Shown: positions 40,620-55,600 of the stretch, in pieces
Layout of the letters: each line of letters opens with the position of its first letter
Position numbering within the stretch: position 1 is the first letter of the stretch
Assembly: GCA_040954595.2 (NCBI GenBank)
Contig: CM082585.2
Span: forward strand, 10,767,995-10,831,994
DNA length: 64,000 nt
Source of the DNA: Balanoglossus misakiensis
Taxonomy: Eukaryota; Animalia; Hemichordata
Direction: 5' to 3'
Notes under the pieces: generated by a model
What the model was told of the DNA's origin: nothing
The model's input: only the letters and a program-made list of their open reading frames with translations
The model's database searches: none
Made by a program: the position numbers and the translations under genes

Positions 40620-43600
40620 AGAGCTATATAACCCATGATTTTTTTCAAAAAATGAAGAAATTTTTGCGAATTATCAAAATTTCTTCATTTTTTGAAAAAT
40701 CATGGGTTATAACTCATGAAAATCATGAAAAAATGACGATTTTTCGACTTTGCAAATTGTCAAATTTTGGCCATTTTTCACATAAAGTCATGGGTTATAG
40801 CTCATGAAAATCATCAAAAAATGATAATTTTTCAACTTTGCGAATTGTCAAAATTTCTTCATTTTTTCAAAAAAATCATGGGTTATAGCTCATGAAAATC
40901 ATCCGAAAATGAGAATTTTTCGACTTTGCGGAATTTCAAAATTTGACCGATTTTTGAAAAAATCATGGGTTATAGCTCATGAAAATCATCCGAAAATGAG
41001 AATTTTTCGACTTCGCGGAATTTCAAAATTTGACCGATTTTTGAAAAAATCATGGGTTATAGCTCATGAAAATCATCCGAAAATGAGAATTTTTCGACTT
41101 TGCGGAATTTCAAAATTTGGCCGATTTTTAAAAAAATCATGGGTTATAGCTCATGAAAATCATCAAAAAATGACAATTTTTCGACTTTGCGAATTTTCAA
41201 ATTTTGGCCGATTTTTGAAAAAATGATGGGTTATAGCTCATGAAAATCATCCGAAAATGAGAATTTTTCGACTTTGCGGAATTTCAAAATTTGGCCGATT
41301 TTTGAAAAAATCATGGGTTATAGCTCATGAAAATCATCCGAAAATGAGAATTTTTCGACTTTGCGGAATTTCAAAATTTGGCCGATTTTTGAAAAAATCA
41401 TGGGTTATAGCTCATGAAAATCATCCGAAAATGAGAATTTTTCGACTTGGCGGAATTTCAAAATTTGGCCGATTTTTGAAAAAATCATGGGTTATAGCTC
41501 ATGAAAATCATCCGAAAATGAGAATTTTTCGACTTTGCGGAATTTCAAAATTTGGCCGATTTTTGAAAAAATCATGGGTTATAGCTCATGAAAATCATCC
41601 GAAAATGAGAATTTTTCGACTTTGCGGAATTTCAAAATTTGGCCGATTTTTGAAAAAATCATGGGTTATAGCTCATGAAAATCATCCGAAAATGAGAATT
41701 TTTCGACTTGGCGGAATTTCAAAATTTGGCCGATTTTTGAAAAAATCATGGGTTATAGCTCATGAAAATCATCCGAAAATGAGAATTTTTCGACTTGGCG
41801 GAATTTCAAAAATTGGCCGATTTTGAAAAAATCATGGGTTATAGCTCATGAAAATCATCCAAAAATGAGAATTTTTCGACTTTGCGGAATTTCAAAATTT
41901 GGCCGATTTTTGAAAAAATCATGGGTTATAGCTCATGAAAATCATCTGAAAATGAGAATTTTTCGACTTTGCGGTATTTCAAAATTTGGCCGATTTTTGA
42001 AAAAATCATGGGTTATAGCTCATGAAAATCATCCGAAAATGAGAATTTTTCGACTTTGCGGAATTTCAAAATTTGGCCGATTTTTGAAAAAATCATGGGT
42101 TATAGCTCATGAAAATCATCCAAAAACGAGAATTTTTCGACTTTGCGGAATTTCAAAATTTGGCCGATTTTTGAAAAAATCATGGGTTATAGCTCATGAA
42201 AATCATCCGAAAATGAGAATTTTTCGACTTTGCGGAATTTCAAAATTTGGCCGATTTTTGAAAAAATCATGGGTTATAGCTCATGAAAATCATCAAAAAA
42301 TGACAATTTTTCGACTTTGCGAATTTTCAAATTTTGGCCGATTTTTGAAAAAATCATGGGTTATAGCTCATGAAAATCATCCGAAAATGAGAATTTTTCG
42401 ACTTTGCGGAATTTCAAAATTTGGCCGATTTTTGAAAAAATCATGGGTTATAGCTCATGAAAATCATCCGAAAATGAGAATTTTTCGACTTGGCGGAATT
42501 TCAAAATTTGGCCGATTTTTGAAAAAATCATGGGTTATAGCGCATGAAAATCATCCGAAAATGAGAATTTTTCGACTTTGCGGAATTTCAAAATTTGGCC
42601 GATTTTTGAAAAAATCATGGGTTATAGCTCATGAAAATCATCCAAAAATGAGAATTTTTCGACTTTGCGGAATTTCAAAATTTGGCCGATTTTTGAAAAA
42701 ATCATGGGTTATAGCTCATGAAAATCATCCGAAAATGAGAATTTTTCGACTTTGCGGAATTTCAAAATTTGGCCGATTTTTGAAAAAATCATGGGTTATA
42801 GCTCATGAAAATCATCCGAAAATGAGAATTTTTCGACTTTGCGGAATTTCAAAATTTGGCCGATTTTTGAAAAAATCATGGGTTATAGCTCATGAAAATC
42901 ATTCGAAAATGTGAATTTTTCGATTTTGCGGAATTTCAAAATTTGGCCGATTTTTGAAAAAATCATGGGTTATAGCTCATGAAAATCATCCGAAAATGAG
43001 AATTTTTCGACTTTGCGGAATTTCAAAATTTGGCCGATTTTTGAAAAAATCATGGGTTATAGCTCATGAAAATCATTCGAAAATGTGAATTTTTCGATTT
43101 TGCGGTATTTCAAAATTTGGCCGATTTTTGAAAAAATCATGGGTTATAGCTCATGAAAATCATTCGAAAATGAGAATTTTTCGACTTTGCGGAATTTCAA
43201 AATTTGGCCGATTTTTGAAAAAATCATGGGTTATAGCTCATGAAAATCATCCGAAAATGAGAATTTTTCGACATTGCGGAATTTCAAAATTTGGCCGATT
43301 TTTGAAAAAATCATGGGTTATAGCTCATGAAAATCATCCGAAAATGAGAATTTTTCGACTTTGCGGAATTTCAAAATTTGGCCGATTTTTGAAAAAATCA
43401 TGGGTTATAGCTCATGAAAATCATCCGAAAATGAGAATTTTTCGACTTTGCGGAATTTCAAAATTTGGCCGATTTTTGAAAAAATCATGGGTTATAGCTC
43501 ATGAAAATCATCCGAAAATGAGAATTTTTCGACTTTGCGGAATTTCAAAATTTGGCCGATTTTTGAAAAAATCATGGGTTATAGCTCATGAAAATCATCA

Positions 43601-46600
43601 AAAAATGACAATTTTTCGACTTTGCGAATTTTCAAATTTTGGCCGATTTTTGAAAAAATCATGGGTTATAGCTCATGAAAATCATCCGAAAATGAGAATT
43701 TTTCGACTTGGCGGAATTTCAAAATTTGGCCGATTTTTGAAAAAATCATGGGTTATAGCTCATGAAAATCATCCGAAAATGTGAATTTTTCGATTTTGCG
43801 GAATTTCAAAATTTGGCCGATTTTTGAAAAAATCATGGGTTATAGCTCATGAAAATCATTCGAAAATGAGAATTTTTCGACTTTGCGGAATTTCAAAATT
43901 TGGCCGATTTTTGAAAAAATCATGGGTTATAGCTCATGAAAATCATCCGAAAATGAGAATTTTTCGACTTTGCGGAATTTCAAAATTTCGCCGATTTTTG
44001 AAAAAATCATGGGTTATAGCTCATGAAAATCATTCGAAAATGAGAAATTTTCGACTTTGCGGAATTTCAAAATTTGGCCGATTTTTGAAAAAATCATGGG
44101 TTATAGCTCATGAAAATCATCCGAAAATGAGAATTTTTCGACTTTGCGGAATTTCAAAATTTGGCCGATTTTTGAAAAAATCATGGGTTATAGCTCATGA
44201 AAATCATCAAAAAATGACTATTTTTCGACTTTGCGAATTTTCAAATTTTGGCCGATTTTTGAAAAAATCATGGGTTATAGCTCATGAAAATCATCCGAAA
44301 ATGAGAATTTTTCGACTTGGCGGAATTTCAAAATTTGGCCGATTTTTGAAAAAATCATGGGTTATAGCTCATGAAAATCATCCGAAAATGTGAATTTTTC
44401 GATTTTGCGGAATTTCAAAATTTGGCCGATTTTTGAAAAAATCATGGGTTATAGCTCATGAAAATCATCCCAAAATGAGAATTTTTCGACTTTGCGGAAT
44501 TTCAAAATTTGGCCGATTTTTGAAAAAATCATGGGTTATAGCTCATGAAAATCATCCGAAAATGAGAATTTTTCGACTTTGCGGAATTTCAAAATTTGGC
44601 CGATTTTTGAAAAAATCATGGGTTATAGCTCATGAAAATCATCCGAAAATGAGAATTTTTCGACTTTGCGGAATTTCAAAATTTGGCCGATTTTTGAAAA
44701 AATCATGGGTTATAGCTCATGAAAATCATCCGAAAATGAGAATTTTTCGACTTTGCGGAATTTCAAAATTTGGCCGATTTTTGAAAAAATCATGGGTTAT
44801 AGCTCATGAAAATCATCCAAAAATGAGAATTTTTCGACTTTGCGGAATTTCAAAATTTGGCCGATTTTTGAAAAAATCATGGGTTATACATGTATATAGC
44901 TCATGAAAATCATCCGAAAATGAGAATTTTTCGACTTTGCGGAATTTCAAAATTTGGCCGATTTTTGAAAAAATCATGGGTTATAGCTCATGAAAATCAT
45001 CCGAAAATGAGAATTTTTCGACTTTGCGGAATTTCAAAATTTGGCCGATTTTTGAAAAAATCATGGGTTATAGCTCATGAAAATCATTCGAAAATGAGAA
45101 TTTTTCGATTTTGCGGAATTTCAAAATTTGGCCGATTTTTGAAAAAATCATGGGTTATAGCTCATGAAAATCATCCGAAAATGAGAATTTTTCGACTTTG
45201 CTGAATTTCAAAATTTGGCCGATTTTTGAAAAAATCATGGGTTATAGCTCATGAAAATCATCCGAAAATGAGAATTTTTCGACTTTGCGGAATTTCAAAA
45301 TTTGGCCGATTTTTGAAAAAATCATGGGTTATAGCTCATGAAAATCATCCAAAAATGAGAATTTTTCGACTTTGCGGAATTTCAAAATTTGGCCGATTTT
45401 TGAAAAAATCATGGGTTATAGCTCATGAAAATCATCCAAAAACGAGAATTTTTCGACTTTGCGGAATTTCAAAATTTGGCCGATTTTTGAAAAAATCATG
45501 GGTTATAGCTCATGAAAATCATCCGAAAATGAGAATTTTTCGACTTTGCGGAATTTCAAAATTTGGCCGATTTTTGAAAAAATCATGGGTTATAGCTCAT
45601 GAAAATCATCAAAAAATGACAATTTTTCGACTTTGCGAATTTTCAAATTTTGGCCGATTTTTGAAAAAATCATGGGTTATAGCTCATGAAAATCATCCGA
45701 AAATGAGAATTTTTCGACTTGGCGGAATTTCAAAATTTGGCCGATTTTTTAAAAAATCATGGGTTATAGCTCATGAAAATCATCCGAAAATGAGAATTTT
45801 TCGACTTTGCGGAATTTCAAAATTTGGCCGATTTTTGAAAAAATCATGGGTTATAGCTCATGAAAATCACCCAAAAATGAGAATTTTTCGACTTTGCGGA
45901 ATTTCAAAATTTGGCCGATTTTTGAAAAAATCATGGGTTATAGCTCATGAAAATCATCCGAAAATGAGAATTTTTCGACTTTGCGGAATTTCAAAATTTG
46001 GCCGATTTTTGAAAAAATCATGGGTTATAGCTCATGAAAATCATCCGAAAATGAGAATTTTTCGACTTTGCGGAATTTCAAAATTTGGCCGATTTTTGAA
46101 AAAATCATGGGTTATAGCTCATGAAAATCATCAAAAAATGACAATTTTTCGACTTTGCGAATTTTCAAATTTTGGCCGATTTTTGAAAAAATCATGGGTT
46201 ATAGCTCATGAAAATCATCCGAAAATGAGAATTTTTCGACTTGGCGGAATTTCAAAATTTGGCCGATTTTTGAAAAAATCATGGGTTATAGCTCATGAAA
46301 ATCATCCGAAAATGTGAATTTTTCGATTTTGCGGAATTTCAAAATTTGGCCGATTTTTGAAAAAATCATGGGTTATAGCTCATGAAAATCATTCGAAAAT
46401 GAGAATTTTTCGACTTTGCGGAATTTCAAAATTTGGCCGATTTTTGAAAAAATCATGGGTTATAGCTCATGAAAATCATCCGAAAATGAGAATTTTTCGA
46501 CTTTGCGGAATTTCAAAATTTCGCCGATTTTTGAAAAAATCATGGGTTATAGCTCATGAAAATCATCCGAAAATGTGAATTTTTCGACTTTGCGGAATTT

Positions 46601-49600
46601 CAAAATTTGGCCGATTTTTGAAAAAATCATGGGTTATAGCTCATGAAAATCATCCCAAAATGAGAATTTTTCGACTTTGCGGAATTTCAAAATTTGGCCG
46701 ATTTTTGAAAAAATCATGGGTTATAGCTCATGAAAATCATCCGAAAATGAGAATTTTTCGACTTTGCGGAATTTCAAAATTTGGCCGATTTTTGAAAAAA
46801 TCATGGGTTATAGCTCATGAAAATCATCCGAAAATGAGAATTTTTCGACTTTGCGGAATTTCAAAATTTGGCCGATTTTTGAAAAAATCATGGGTTATAG
46901 CTCATGAAAATCATCCGAAAATGAGAATTTTTCGACTTTGCGGAATTTCAAAATTTGGCCGATTTTTGAAAAAATCATGGGTTATAGCTCATGAAAATCA
47001 TCCAAAAATGAGAATTTTTCGACTTTGCGGAATTTCAAAATTTGGCCGATTTTTGAAAAAATCATGGGTTATACATGTATATAGCTCATGAAAATCATCC
47101 GAAAATGAGAATTTTTCGACTTTGCGGAATTTCAAAATTTGGCCGATTTTTGAAAAAATCATGGGTTATAGCTCATGAAAATCATCCGAAAATGAGAATT
47201 TTTCGACTTTGCGGAATTTCAAAATTTGGCCGATTTTTGAAAAAATCATGGGTTATAGCTCATGAAAATCATTCGAAAATGAGAATTTTTCGATTTTGCG
47301 GAATTTCAAAATTTGGCCGATTTTTGAAAAAATCATGGGTTATAGCTCATGAAAATCATCCGAAAATGAGAATTTTTCGACTTTGCTGAATTTCAAAATT
47401 TGGCCGATTTTTGAAAAAATCATGGGTTATAGCTCATGAAAATCATCCGAAAATGAGAATTTTTCGACTTTGCGGAATTTCAAAATTTGGCCGATTTTTG
47501 AAAAAATCATGGGTTATAGCTCATGAAAATCATCCAAAAATGAGAATTTTTCGACTTTGCGGAATTTCAAAATTTGGCCGATTTTTGAAAAAATCATGGG
47601 TTATAGCTCATGAAAATCATCCAAAAACGAGAATTTTTCGACTTTGCGGAATTTCAAAATTTGGCCGATTTTTGAAAAAATCATGGGTTATAGCTCATGA
47701 AAATCATCCGAAAATGAGAATTTTTCGACTTTGCGGAATTTCAAAATTTGGCCGATTTTTGAAAAAATCATGGGTTATAGCTCATGAAAATCATCAAAAA
47801 ATGACAATTTTTCGACTTTGCGAATTTTCAAATTTTGGCCGATTTTTGAAAAAATCATGGGTTATAGCTCATGAAAATCATCCGAAAATGAGAATTTTTC
47901 GACTTGGCGGAATTTCAAAATTTGGCCGATTTTTTAAAAAATCATGGGTTATAGCTCATGAAAATCATCCGAAAATGAGAATTTTTCGACTTTGCGGAAT
48001 TTCAAAATTTGGCCGATTTTTGAAAAAATCATGGGTTATAGCTCATGAAAATCACCCAAAAATGAGAATTTTTCGACTTTGCGGAATTTCAAAATTTGGC
48101 CGATTTTTGAAAAAATCATGGGTTATAGCTCATGAAAATCATCCGAAAATGAGAATTTTTCGACTTTGCGGAATTTCAAAATTTGGCCGATTTTTGAAAA
48201 AATCATGGGTTATAGCTCATGAAAATCATCCGAAAATGAGAATTTTTCGACTTTGCGGAATTTCAAAATTTGGCCGATTTTTGAAAAAATCATGGGTTAT
48301 AGCTCATGAAAATCATTCGAAAATGAGAATTTTTCGATTTTGCGGTATTTCAAAATTTGGCCGATTTTTGAAAAAATCATGGGTTATAGCTCATGAAAAT
48401 CATTCGAAAATGAGAATTTTTCGACGTTGCGGAATTTCAAAATTTGGCCGATTTTTGAAAAAATCATGGGTTATAGCTCATGAAAATCATCCGAAAATGA
48501 GAATTTTTCGACTGTGCGGAATTTCAAAATTTGGCCGATTTTTGAAAAAATCATGGGTTATAGCTCATGAAAATCATCCGAAAATGAGAATTTTTCGACT
48601 TTGCGGAATTTCAAAATTTGGCCGATTTTTGAAAAAATCATGGGTTATAGCTCATGAAAATCATCCGAAAATGAGAATTTTTCGACTTTGCGGAATTTCA
48701 AAATTTGGCCGATTTTTGAAAAAATCATGGGTTATAGCTCATGAAAATCATCCGAAAATGAGAATTTTTCGACTTTGCGGAATTTCAAAAATTGGCCGAT
48801 TTTTGAAAAAATCATGGGTTATAGCTCATGAAAATCATCCAAAAATGAGAATTTTTCGACTTTGCGGAATTTCAAAATTTGGCCGATTTTTGAAAAAATC
48901 ATGGGTTATAGCTCATGAAAATCATCCGAAAATGAGAATTTTTCGACTTTGCGGAATTTCAAAATTTGGCCGATTTTTTAAAAAATCATGGGTTATAGCT
49001 CATGAAAATCATCCGAAAATGAGAATTTTTCGACTTGGCGGAATTTCAAAATTTGGCCGATTTTTGAAAAAATCATGGGTTATAGCTCATGAAAATCATC
49101 CGAAAATGTGAATTTTTCGATTTTGCGGAATTTCAAAATTTGGCCGATTTTTGAAAAAATCATGGGTTATAGCTCATGAAAATCATTCGAAAATGAGAAT
49201 TTTTCGACTTTGCGGAATTTCAAAATTTGGCCGATTTTTGAAAAAATCATGGGTTATAGCTCATGAAAATCATCCGAAAATGAGAATTTTTCGACTTTGC
49301 GGAATTTCAAAATTTGGCCGATTTTTGAAAAAATCATGGGTTATAGCTCATGAAAATCATCCAAAAATGAGAATTTTTCGACTTTGCGGAATTTCAAAAT
49401 TTGGCCGATTTTTGAAAAAATCATGGGTTATAGCTCATGAAAATCATCCGAAAATGAGAATTTTTCGACTTTGCGGAATTTCAAAATTTGGCCGATTTTT
49501 GAAAAAATCATGGGTTATAGCTCATGAAAATCATCAAAAAATGACAATTTTTCGACTTTGCGAATTTTCAAATTGTGGCCGATTTTTGAAAAAATCATGG

Positions 49601-52600
49601 GTTATAGCTCATGAAAATCATTCGAAAATGAGAATTTTTCGATTTTGCGGAATTTCAAAATTTGGCCGATTTTTGAAAAAATCATGGGTTATAGCTCATG
49701 AAAATCATCCGAAAATGAGAATTTTTCGACTTTGCGGAATTTCAAAATTTGGCCGATTTTTGAAAAAATCATGGGTTATAGCTCATGAAAATCATCCGAA
49801 AATGAGAATTTTTCGACTTTGCGGAATTTCAAAATTTGGCCGATTTTTGAAAAAATCATGGGTTATAGCTCATGAAAATCATTCGAAAATGAGAATTTTT
49901 CGACTTTGCGGAATTTCAAAATTTGGCCGATTTTTGAAAAAATCATGGGTTATAGCTCATGAAAATCATCCGAAAATGAGAATTTTTCGACTTTGCGGAA
50001 TTTCAAAATTTGGCCGATTTTTGAAAAAATCATGGGTTATAGCTCATGAAAATCATCCAAAAATGAGAATTTTTCGACTTTGCGGAATTTCAAAATTTGG
50101 CCGATTTTTGAAAAAATCATGGGTTATAGCTCATGAAAATCATCCGAAAATGAGAATTTTTCGACTTTGCGGAATTTCAAAATTTGGCCGATTTTTGAAA
50201 AAATCATGGGTTATAGCTCATGAAAATCATCAAAAAATGACAATTTTTCGACTTTGCGAATTTTCAAATTGTGGCCGATTTTTGAAAAAATCATGGGTTA
50301 TAGCTCATGAAAATCATTCGAAAATGAGAATTTTTCGATTTTGCGGAATTTCAAAATTTGGCCGATTTTTGAAAAAATCATGGGTTATAGCTCATGAAAA
50401 TCATCCGAAAATGAGAATTTTTCGACTTTGCGGAATTTCAAAATTTGGCCGATTTTTGAAAAAATCATGGGTTATAGCTCATGAAAATCATCCGAAAATG
50501 AGAATTTTTCGACTTTGCGGAATTTCAAAATTTGGCCGATTTTTGAAAAAATCATGGGTTATAGCTCATGAAAATCATCCGAAAATGAGAATTTTTCGAC
50601 TTTGCGGAATTTCAAAATTTGGCCGATTTTTGAAAAAATCATGGGTTATAGCTCATGAAAATCACCCAAAAATGAGAATTTTTCGACTTTGCGGAATTTC
50701 AAAATTTGGCCGATTTTTGTAAAAATCATGGGTTATAGCTCATGAAAATCATCCGAAAATGAGAATTTTTCGACTTTGCGGAATTTCAAAATTTGGCCGA
50801 TTTTTGAAAAAATCATGGGTTATAGCTCATGAAAATCATCCGAAAATGAGAATTTTTCGACTTTGCGGAATTTCAAAATTTGGCCGATTTTTGAAAAAAT
50901 CATGGGTTATAGCTCATGAAAATCATTCGAAAATGTGAATTTTTCGATTTTGCGGTATTTCAAAATTTGGCCGATTTTTGAAAAAATCATGGGTTATAGC
51001 TCATGAAAATCATTCGAAAATGAGAATTTTTCGACGTTGCGGAATTTCAAAATTTGGCCGATTTTTGAAAAAATCATGGGTTATAGCTCATGAAAATCAT
51101 CCGAAAATGAGAATTTTTCGACTTTGCGGAATTTCAAAATTTGGCCGATTTTTGAAAAAATCATGGGTTATAGCTCATGAAAATCATCCGAAAATGAGAA
51201 TTTTTCGACTTTGCGGAATTTCAAAAATTGGCCGATTTTTGAAAAAATCATGGGTTATAGCTCATGAAAATCATCCAAAAATGAGAATTTTTCGACTTTG
51301 CGGAATTTCAAAATTTGGCCGATTTTTGAAAAAATCATGGGTTATAGCTCATGAAAATCATCCGAAAATGAGAATTTTTCGACTTTGCGGAATTTCAAAA
51401 TTTGGCCGATTTTTGAAAAAATCATGGGTTATAGCTCATGAAAATCATCCGAAAATGAGAATTTTTCGACTTTGCGGAATTTCAAATTTGGCCGATTTTT
51501 GAAAAAATCATGGGTTATAGCTCATGAAAATCATTCGAAAATGAGAATTTTTCGATTTTGCGGAATTTCAAAATTTGGCCGATTTTTGAAAAAATCATGG
51601 GTTATAGCTCATGAAAATCATCCGAAAATGAGAATTTTTCGACTTGGCGGAATTTCAAAATTTGGCCGATTTTTGAAAAAATCATGGGTTATAGCTCATG
51701 AAAATCATCCGAAAATGTGAATTTTTCGATTTTGCGGAATTTCAAAATTTGGCCGATTTTTGAAAAAATCATGGGTTATAGCTCATGAAAATCATTCGAA
51801 AATGAGAATTTTTCGACTTTGCGGAATTTCAAAATTTGGCCGATTTTTGAAAAAATCATGGGTTATAGCTCATGAAAATCATCCGAAAATGAGAATTTTT
51901 CGACTTTGAGGAATTTCAAAATTTGGCCGATTTTTGAAAAAATCATGGGTTATAGCTCATGAAAATCATCCAAAAATGAGAATTTTTCGACTTTGCGGAA
52001 TTTCAAAATTTGGCCGATTTTTGAAAAAATCATGGGTTATAGCTCATGAAAATCATCCGAAAATGAGAATTTTTCGACTTTGCGGAATTTCAAAATTTGG
52101 CCGATTTTTGAAAAAATCATGGGTTATAGCTCATGAAAATCATCCGAAAATGAGAATTTTTCGACTTTGCGGAATTTCAAAATTTGGCCGATTTTTGAAA
52201 AAATCATGGGTTATAGCTCATGAAAATCATCCGAAAATGAGAATTTTTCGACTTTGCGGAATTTCAAAATTTGGCCGATTTTTGAAAAAATCATGGGTTA
52301 TAGCTCATGAAAATCATTCGAAAATGTGAATTTTTCGATTTTGCGGTATTTCAAAATTTGGCCGATTTTTGAAAAAATCATGGGTTATAGCTCATGAAAA
52401 TCATTCGAAAATGAGAATTTTTCGACGTTGCGGAATTTCAAAATTTGGCCGATTTTTGAAAAAATCATGGGTTATAGCTCATGAAAATCATCCGAAAATG
52501 AGAATTTTTCGACTTTGCGGAATTTCAAAATTTGGCCGATTTTTGAAAAAATCATGGGTTATAGCTCATGAAAATCATCCGAAAATGAGAATTTTTCGAC

Positions 52601-55600
52601 TTTGCGGAATTTCAAAATTTGGCCGATTTTTGAAAAAATCATGGGTTATAGCTCATGAAAATCATCCAAAAATGAGAATTTTTCGACTTTGCGGAATTTC
52701 AAAATTTGGCCGATTTTTGAAAAAATCATGGGTTATAGCTCATGAAAATCATCCAAAAACGAGAATTTTTCGACTTTGCGGAATTTCAAAATTTGGCCGA
52801 TTTTTGAAAAAATCATGGGTTATAGCTCATGAAAATCATCCGAAAATGAGAATTTTTCGACTTTGCGGAATTTCAAAATTTGGCCGATTTTTGAAAAAAT
52901 CATGGGTTATAGCTCATGAAAATCATCAAAAAATGACAATTTTTCGACTTTGCGAATTTTCAAATTTTGGCCGATTTTTGAAAAAATCATGGGTTATAGC
53001 TCATGAAAATCATCCGAAAATGAGAATTTTTCGACTTGGCGGAATTTCAAAATTTGGCCGATTTTTTAAAAAATCATGGGTTATAGCTCATGAAAATCAT
53101 CCGAAAATGAGAATTTTTCGACTTTGCGGAATTTCAAAATTTGGCCGATTTTTGAAAAAATCATGGGTTATAGCTCATGAAAATCACCCAAAAATGAGAA
53201 TTTTTCGACTTTGCGGAATTTCAAAATTTGGCCGATTTTTGAAAAAATCATGGGTTATAGCTCATGAAAATCATCCGAAAATGAGAATTTTTCGACTTTG
53301 CGGAATTTCAAAATTTGGCCGATTTTTGAAAAAATCATGGGTTATAGCTCATGAAAATCATCCGAAAATGAGAATTTTTCGACTTTGCGGAATTTCAAAA
53401 TTTGGCCGATTTTTGAAAAAATCATGGGTTATAGCTCATGAAAATCATTCGAAAATGAGAATTTTTCGATTTTGCGGTATTTCAAAATTTGGCCGATTTT
53501 TGAAAAAATCATGGGTTATAGCTCATGAAAATCATTCGAAAATGAGAATTTTTCGACGTTGCGGAATTTCAAAATTTGGCCGATTTTTGAAAAAATCATG
53601 GGTTATAGCTCATGAAAATCATCCGAAAATGAGAATTTTTCGACTGTGCGGAATTTCAAAATTTGGCCGATTTTTGAAAAAATCATGGGTTATAGCTCAT
53701 GAAAATCATCCGAAAATGAGAATTTTTCGACTTTGCGGAATTTCAAAATTTGGCCGATTTTTGAAAAAATCATGGGTTATAGCTCATGAAAATCATCCGA
53801 AAATGAGAATTTTTCGACTTTGCGGAATTTCAAAATTTGGCCGATTTTTGAAAAAATCATGGGTTATAGCTCATGAAAATCATCCGAAAATGAGAATTTT
53901 TCGACTTTGCGGAATTTCAAAAATTGGCCGATTTTTGAAAAAATCATGGGTTATAGCTCATGAAAATCATCCAAAAATGAGAATTTTTCGACTTTGCGGA
54001 ATTTCAAAATTTGGCCGATTTTTGAAAAAATCATGGGTTATAGCTCATGAAAATCATCCGAAAATGAGAATTTTTCGACTTTGCGGAATTTCAAAATTTG
54101 GCCGATTTTTTAAAAAATCATGGGTTATAGCTCATGAAAATCATCCGAAAATGAGAATTTTTCGACTTGGCGGAATTTCAAAATTTGGCCGATTTTTGAA
54201 AAAATCATGGGTTATAGCTCATGAAAATCATCCGAAAATGTGAATTTTTCGATTTTGCGGAATTTCAAAATTTGGCCGATTTTTGAAAAAATCATGGGTT
54301 ATAGCTCATGAAAATCATTCGAAAATGAGAATTTTTCGACTTTGCGGAATTTCAAAATTTGGCCGATTTTTGAAAAAATCATGGGTTATAGCTCATGAAA
54401 ATCATCCGAAAATGAGAATTTTTCGACTTTGCGGAATTTCAAAATTTGGCCGATTTTTGAAAAAATCATGGGTTATAGCTCATGAAAATCATCCAAAAAT
54501 GAGAATTTTTCGACTTTGCGGAATTTCAAAATTTGGCCGATTTTTGAAAAAATCATGGGTTATAGCTCATGAAAATCATCCGAAAATGAGAATTTTTCGA
54601 CTTTGCGGAATTTCAAAATTTGGCCGATTTTTGAAAAAATCATGGGTTATAGCTCATGAAAATCATCAAAAAATGACAATTTTTCGACTTTGCGAATTTT
54701 CAAATTGTGGCCGATTTTTGAAAAAATCATGGGTTATAGCTCATGAAAATCATTCGAAAATGAGAATTTTTCGATTTTGCGGAATTTCAAAATTTGGCCG
54801 ATTTTTGAAAAAATCATGGGTTATAGCTCATGAAAATCATCCGAAAATGAGAATTTTTCGACTTTGCGGAATTTCAAAATTTGGCCGATTTTTGAAAAAA
54901 TCATGGGTTATAGCTCATGAAAATCATCCGAAAATGAGAATTTTTCGACTTTGCGGAATTTCAAAATTTGGCCGATTTTTGAAAAAATCATGGGTTATAG
55001 CTCATGAAAATCATTCGAAAATGAGAATTTTTCGACTTTGCGGAATTTCAAAATTTGGCCGATTTTTGAAAAAATCATGGGTTATAGCTCATGAAAATCA
55101 TCCGAAAATGAGAATTTTTCGACTTTGCGGAATTTCAAAATTTGGCCGATTTTTGAAAAAATCATGGGTTATAGCTCATGAAAATCATCCAAAAATGAGA
55201 ATTTTTCGACTTTGCGGAATTTCAAAATTTGGCCGATTTTTGAAAAAATCATGGGTTATAGCTCATGAAAATCATCCGAAAATGAGAATTTTTCGACTTT
55301 GCGGAATTTCAAAATTTGGCCGATTTTTGAAAAAATCATGGGTTATAGCTCATGAAAATCATCAAAAAATGACAATTTTTCGACTTTGCGAATTTTCAAA
55401 TTGTGGCCGATTTTTGAAAAAATCATGGGTTATAGCTCATGAAAATCATTCGAAAATGAGAATTTTTCGATTTTGCGGAATTTCAAAATTTGGCCGATTT
55501 TTGAAAAAATCATGGGTTATAGCTCATGAAAATCATCCGAAAATGAGAATTTTTCGACTTTGCGGAATTTCAAAATTTGGCCGATTTTTGAAAAAATCAT

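Noticed and set aside
40918-40935. CENP-B-box-like TTCG...CGG motif in each 87-mer
   Set aside because: Spacing is 6 nt (TTCG-ACTTTG-CGGA) rather than the required TTCG-N4-A-N2-CGGG.
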